Shown in pieces: positions 59,449 to 64,000 of a stretch of 64,000 nt of DNA. The stretch comes from Bacteriovoracaceae bacterium (GTDB lineage Bacteria > Bdellovibrionota > Bacteriovoracia > Bacteriovoracales > Bacteriovoracaceae). The DNA lies in NCBI GenBank assembly GCA_048270185.1, contig JBLWTJ010000002.1, positions 562,443-626,442 on the forward strand, in the 5' to 3' direction. The translations under genes and the position numbers were made by a program. The notes under the pieces were generated by a model. The model ran no database searches. It had not been told where the DNA came from and saw only the letters and a program-made list of their open reading frames with translations. Positions within the stretch are counted from its first letter, which is position 1. Each line of letters starts with the position of its first letter.

Positions 59449-60333
59449 TTACTGTTGAGTCATCTTAGCAACTTCGTCTGCTAAGTTGTCTTCTTTCTTC
59501 TCAATCCCTTCACCAAGGTTGATTTTATGGAAAGCTTTAACAGTAATATCACCACCAACTTTACCAGCTACATCAGCAACAAGCTTCTTAATAGTAAAGT
59601 CTGGGTTTTTAATGAATACTTGCTCAATTAGACAAACTTCTTTAGCAAGTTTTCCAAGTTTACCTTTAACGATCTGATCGATCATATTTTCAGGTTTACC
59701 TTCTTCTAAAAGTTGTGCACGGTAAACTTCTTCTTCTCTCTTCTTGTATTCTTCATCAATATCATCTGAAGTTAAGAAAGTTGGAGCTGCCGCTGCAACG
59801 TGCATTGCGATGTCTTTTGCAAGTTCCGCAACTTCTGGAGCATCAGTCTTATCAGTTCCTAGTTCTACTAGAACACCAATTTTTCCACCGTGGTTATATG
59901 AACCAAGAACACCAGTAGTTTCAACTGCAGAAAATCTTCTTAAGTCGATCTTCTCACCACATTTCATAGTAAGTTCAGTTGTATCAGCATTCTTAGCGTC
60001 TTTAAGTTCTTCAATTGAAGATGGCTTATTTGCAAGAGTCCATTCAGCAGTTGCTTGTGCGAAACCTTTGAAATCGTCACCTTTTGCAACGAAGTCAGTT
60101 TCACAGTTAACTTCAAGAATAACACCTTTGTTACCTTCTACTACAGATACAACAGTACCTTCAGCAGCAACACGGCTTGCTTTCTTAGCAGCTTTTGCTA
60201 GACCTTTAGTTCTTAGGAAATCTACTGCTGCCTCTAGGTCACCATTAGTTTCTGTAAGAGCTTTCTTACAGTCCATCATACCTGCACCAGTCTTCTCTCT
60301 TAATTCTTTAACAGCACTTGCCGTAATAGCCAT
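59449..60333 (-). CDS. tsf: Elongation factor Ts
   Basis: LREKTGAGMMDCKKAL, EVNCETDFVA. Confidence 0.98.
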   Translation of the reverse strand: MAITASAVKELREKTGAGMMDCKKALTETNGDLEAAVDFLRTKGLAKAAKKASRVAAEGTVVSVVEGNKGVILEVNCETDFVAKGDDFKGFAQATAEWTLANKPSSIEELKDAKNADTTELTMKCGEKIDLRRFSAVETTGVLGSYNHGGKIGVLVELGTDKTDAPEVAELAKDIAMHVAAAAPTFLTSDDIDEEYKKREEEVYRAQLLEEGKPENMIDQIVKGKLGKLAKEVCLIEQVFIKNPDFTIKKLVADVAGKVGGDITVKAFHKINLGEGIEKKEDNLADEVAKMTQQ

Positions 60334-60361
60334 TTTATACCTCGCTAATTATATTTAGTTG

Positions 60362-61138
60362 TTATTCTTCACCAGCTAGATCAATATCTTTCTCGTACTT
60401 AGATAGAATTTCTTCTTCAAGAGCTTTGTCAGCTACTTTATTTGAACCTGACTTAACTTTACCTGCGTTTGCAGCGATTGCTCCAGCAAAGTAATCTGAG
60501 AAAAGAGTAATTGACTTGATTGCATCGTCGTTACCTGGAACAACGTAGTCAACACCTTCTGGATCACAGTTAGTATCAACGATAGCAACAACAGGAATAC
60601 CTAGCTTATTAGCTTCTTTAACAGCAATTCTTTCATTGTTTGGATCAACAACAACGATTGCACCTGGAAGCTTTCTCATATCCTTGATACCACCAAGGTT
60701 TTTCTCAAGCTTTTCAACTTCTTTACCAACTTTGATTCTTTCTTTCTTAGTTAGTAACTCGAAGTCACCTGTTTCTTTCATTTTTTCAACTTTTCTAAGT
60801 TTATCAATTGAAAGGTTAATTGTTTTGTAGTTAGTTAGCATCCCACCTAGCCATCTGTTTGTAACATAGTAAGCACCACAAGAAGCAGCAGCATTTTTTA
60901 CTGTTTCTGAAGCTTGTCTCTTAGTTGCTACGAAAAGAATTGGCTTACCTTCTGAAGAAGTCTTCTTAAGGAAGTCATAAGCTTTTTTCGCTAGTGGAAT
61001 TGTTTTAGCAAGATCTACGATATAGATTCCGTTTCTTTCACCAAATACATATGGCTTCATTTTTGGATTCCACTTATGAGTTTGGTGACCAAAGTGAGCA
61101 CCAGCTTTTAATAGATCATTGATATTTAATTCTGACAT
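60362..61138 (-). CDS. rpsB: 30S ribosomal protein S2
   Basis: AGAHFGH, WNPKM, RWLGGMLTN, PGNDD; start reassigned to ATG 61138 (SD aggag). Confidence 0.98.
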   Translation of the reverse strand: MSELNINDLLKAGAHFGHQTHKWNPKMKPYVFGERNGIYIVDLAKTIPLAKKAYDFLKKTSSEGKPILFVATKRQASETVKNAAASCGAYYVTNRWLGGMLTNYKTINLSIDKLRKVEKMKETGDFELLTKKERIKVGKEVEKLEKNLGGIKDMRKLPGAIVVVDPNNERIAVKEANKLGIPVVAIVDTNCDPEGVDYVVPGNDDAIKSITLFSDYFAGAIAANAGKVKSGSNKVADKALEEEILSKYEKDIDLAGEE

Positions 61139-61144
61139 ACGAAC

Positions 61145-61205
61145 TCCTGAGTTGGTTAATACACTGACTCGAACCGAACGGACCAACCTTCGAGCAGCTG
61201 TTTAT
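61145..61205 (-). ncRNA. Structured rpsB leader, t44/S2-operator-like, with a pseudoknot
   Basis: Stem CUGCUCGAA/UUCGAGUCAG; loop GUUGGU complementary to ACCAAC next to the SD. Confidence 0.65.
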
Positions 61206-61322
61206 TTCGCGACATTACGATGGTGCATTTTTAACACGATGACACTAGGGATTCAATATTTTTTTTCACAAATTTTAGGCCCTAAACTATTGAAAGCAAG
61301 GGCCTTAAGGGTGCTATAAAAG

Positions 61323-63782
61323 CTATAAAGACGGTGATTCACCACCACTAAGAACGCGTCGCGGCTTTGATCCTTGTGCAGGACCAACGACCCCTTTATT
61401 TTCGAGTTCATCAATAAGATTTGCTGCGCGGTTATAGCCGACTTTTAGTCGCCTTTGCAGCATTGATGCTGACGCAGAGCCCTGTTCCATAACAACTCTA
61501 ACGGCATCGTCATAAAGAGAATCTGCTGAGCCAGATGAAGACGGAGTTGAAATATGTGAGCCATATGAATATTCATCTGTCTCAACTTCACCTCCATTTT
61601 CAAGGAATTCCATGGCCTTTTCATCAAAGCCAGACTCAAGATTATCAAGCTTCTGAGTAAGGGCCTCGATTTCATTTTCTTCCACAAATGACGAATGAAC
61701 ACGGTGAATATTAATACCATTCTTATAAAGCATATCCCCTTTTCCAAGAAGTCTTTCCGCACCAATCTTATCAAGGATTGTACTTGAGTCTGTTCTCGAA
61801 GAAACCCTGAAGGCAACACGAGTTGGGAAGTTTGACTTAATAACCCCTGTAATAACGTCAACAGATGGTCTCTGTGTCGCAAGCACAAGGTGAATACCAG
61901 CGGCACGGGCCTTAGCTGCAATACGAGCAATATTATTTTCAATCTCTTTTCCAGCTTTTGTAAGGACAAGGTCAGCGAATTCATCGACAATAATAACGAT
62001 ATATGGAAGCTCATAATCTTCAGCAGAAGTGTCTTCGTAGTGATGGTGAATTTTAGCTAACATCTCTGGAGTTGCTCTCTTAAGCTTTTCATTAAAACCT
62101 GAAATATTACGAACACCAAAGTCAGCAAGAATCCCATAACGTCGATCCATTTCTTGACATGCCCATAGAAGTGAAATCGAAGCAGTTTTTGCATCAGTTA
62201 CAACAGGCATAAGTAAGTGCGGAAGCTTAGAATAAAGTGCCATCTCAAGCTGTTTCGGGTCAATAAGAATTAGCTTCATCTTCTTCGGTGACTTCTTAAC
62301 AAGAAGTGAAACTAGAAGAGAGTTAATAAATACAGACTTACCAGCACCAGTAGCACCAGCAACAAGCATGTGAGGACAAGTTGCTAGATCAATCACAAAA
62401 GATTCACCAAAAGCATTTTTTCCCATAGCAATTGGCAGTGAATATTTTGAATCTTTAAACTCATCTGAGCCCAGAACTTCATCTAAGTAAATGAAATCAC
62501 GAGGAGACCTTGGAACTTCAATACCAACTGTATCTTTCCCCATCATAGCTGGGACAACTCGAATAGGTGCACCATAAAGGGCCAAAGATAAATCATCTGC
62601 AAGGCCTGCAATCTTTGAAACCTTTACCCCAGCACCAGGACGATACTCAAATGTATCGACAACAGGGCCTTTAAGGACATTAACAATTTCACCTTTAATA
62701 TTAAATTCTTCAAATTTCGACTCAAGCAGAGTTACGATTTGCTCAAAATATTCCTTATCAGGTTCATTTGAAACTTTCTCTGTTGTCGACTCTTCAACTG
62801 TAGAAACAATATCAAAGTATTCAGTATCACTTGAAGTATCAGCTACACGATTTAAAGGAGCTGTAACATAAATTTTCTTAACCTGAGGCTCTCTTGGAGT
62901 TTCATCAGTTGAATTCTTCACTTCTGACTCAAGATTAGATTCAACGGCCCTTTTTGGAACTTCTTGTGTATCTGTATTAGGGAATAAACTTGGTCTAGAA
63001 AGAGTAGGCTTAATGACCGCCTCTTCAATCTCTTCCTCTTCTTTGATCTGCTTAGTAGCGACTTCGGAAGTATTAGATTTCATCAGGGCTTGAGGCTTTA
63101 GTTTACTTAGGGAATCGAAGAGGCCACCTTCTTTCTTATCTTTACTAGATTTTGAAGAAGTCGATTGTTTTTTATCGTCTTTAAGGATGCTATCCATACG
63201 GTTTTTAAGACTATTATCATGCTCAATTTGAGCAACTTTCTCTTTCTTTTCAAAAGGAGCTAATAAGGCTTGCTTAGCTGCAACGGCTTTTTCCGGTGTT
63301 GCTTTAAGAATTGCTAGTGTTTTAAGAATAGAATCCTTGAATCCACCTCTGAAAGTACCAAATAAGAAAAGACCAAAAGCAACGGCCGTATAAATTGATA
63401 ACCATAGAGTTGTGAAACTATTTTTTAATACATACTGAAGGCCTACCCCCAGTCCATCTTGAAAAAATAAAAATGAAAGAGATCCAGTGAAAAACACTAA
63501 TGGAAGAAAATTAAGAGTATCAACAATGTACTCACGCTTGTCATAAATAAAACTGTGACAAAGAGCAAAAACAAAAAACGGTATTAAAACCCACGGCCCA
63601 CTAAAATATGAACACATTTTAATCAGCGAGAAGAAGTAATAACTTAATATATTCCCAGAATTACTAGACGAGATCGTAAAGTAATTATCAGGTAAATCGT
63701 TTCCAAAATAAAATGAAACAAAAGAGAATAAAGTTAGAATAAATAAGATAACTAGCTGAGTTTTAAGGATATTTTTCTTCAT
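61323..63782 (-). CDS. ftsK: DNA translocase FtsK
   Basis: N-terminal TMs, PHMLVAGATGAGKS, IVDEFADL, LATQRPS, gamma domain LQRRLKVGYNRAA. Confidence 0.97.
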   Translation of the reverse strand: MKKNILKTQLVILFILTLFSFVSFYFGNDLPDNYFTISSSNSGNILSYYFFSLIKMCSYFSGPWVLIPFFVFALCHSFIYDKREYIVDTLNFLPLVFFTGSLSFLFFQDGLGVGLQYVLKNSFTTLWLSIYTAVAFGLFLFGTFRGGFKDSILKTLAILKATPEKAVAAKQALLAPFEKKEKVAQIEHDNSLKNRMDSILKDDKKQSTSSKSSKDKKEGGLFDSLSKLKPQALMKSNTSEVATKQIKEEEEIEEAVIKPTLSRPSLFPNTDTQEVPKRAVESNLESEVKNSTDETPREPQVKKIYVTAPLNRVADTSSDTEYFDIVSTVEESTTEKVSNEPDKEYFEQIVTLLESKFEEFNIKGEIVNVLKGPVVDTFEYRPGAGVKVSKIAGLADDLSLALYGAPIRVVPAMMGKDTVGIEVPRSPRDFIYLDEVLGSDEFKDSKYSLPIAMGKNAFGESFVIDLATCPHMLVAGATGAGKSVFINSLLVSLLVKKSPKKMKLILIDPKQLEMALYSKLPHLLMPVVTDAKTASISLLWACQEMDRRYGILADFGVRNISGFNEKLKRATPEMLAKIHHHYEDTSAEDYELPYIVIIVDEFADLVLTKAGKEIENNIARIAAKARAAGIHLVLATQRPSVDVITGVIKSNFPTRVAFRVSSRTDSSTILDKIGAERLLGKGDMLYKNGINIHRVHSSFVEENEIEALTQKLDNLESGFDEKAMEFLENGGEVETDEYSYGSHISTPSSSGSADSLYDDAVRVVMEQGSASASMLQRRLKVGYNRAANLIDELENKGVVGPAQGSKPRRVLSGGESPSL

Positions 63783-63907
63783 AATACTATTGTATATGAA
63801 ATGTTGCTAAACGCAAAAGAAAAGCCTGTTTAAGGGGATATAGAGCTACTATTTGATAGATTAAAAACCTCTTACAGAATAATTCTTATTTCCAGAACGC
63901 CTTAAAC

Positions 63908-63938
63908 AAAAAAAGCCAGATCGATGATCTGGCTTTTT
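63908..63938 (-). terminator. Terminator downstream of the 5S rRNA
   Basis: aaaaagccagatc-gat-gatctggcttttt with a T7 tract on the minus strand. Confidence 0.85.
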
Positions 63939-63944
63939 ATATAG

Positions 63945-64000
63945 AAGGTGCATCTTCCTAGTCTCACACCAAGTTACCCTGGCACTACCTTCGGCGCAAG
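63945..64000 (-). rRNA. rrf: 5S rRNA, 3' half (truncated by window edge)
   Basis: Minus strand GCGCCGAAGGUAGUGCCAGG-GUAA-CUUGGUGUGAGACUAGGAAGAUGCACC matches loop E, helix IV and the helix I 3' strand. Confidence 0.92.

Noticed and set aside
59744..60358. 204-aa plus-strand ORF
   Set aside because: Antisense shadow of highly codon-biased tsf; no protein-like features
61277..61305. aggccct/agggcct inverted repeat as the ftsK terminator
   Set aside because: 15-nt loop and no adjacent U tract; too weak to call
61445..62014. 189-aa alternative-frame ORF
   Set aside because: Lies wholly inside ftsK; no recognisable motif or SD

Overview
AT-rich chromosomal window with no mobile elements, CRISPR array or tRNA detected. 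Gene content (Agl-Glt-type gliding genes, many Cys-rich exported proteins of unknown function) suggests a predatory Bdellovibrionota bacterium, probably Halobacteriovorax/Bacteriovoracaceae; this is inference. Left to right: a 5'-truncated ClC-CBS transporter; five exported Cys-containing hypothetical genes (1884-8552); polA, msrC, RDD, trxA, gmhA; an AglRQS-like motor converging on a barrel-gltC-D-E-F-G-like operon, with a LolA-like/OM-barrel pair between them; AddAB-like helicase-nuclease; hslO; a FadF-like oxidoreductase; three more exported hypotheticals; valS; a homogentisate catabolic operon headed by a HisC-family aminotransferase; tig, truA, pssA, a degenerate psd; tsaB-rseP-cdsA-uppS-frr-pyrH-tsf-rpsB without dxr; ftsK; and the 3' half of a 5S rRNA. 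Best candidate for an undescribed system: the 1884-8552 exported cluster. Other leads: the apparently dead Psd beside PssA, Fe-S-type Cys sets in both AddA and AddB, and the LolA-like pair inside the gliding locus. All product calls come from motif recognition by eye; no database searches were run.
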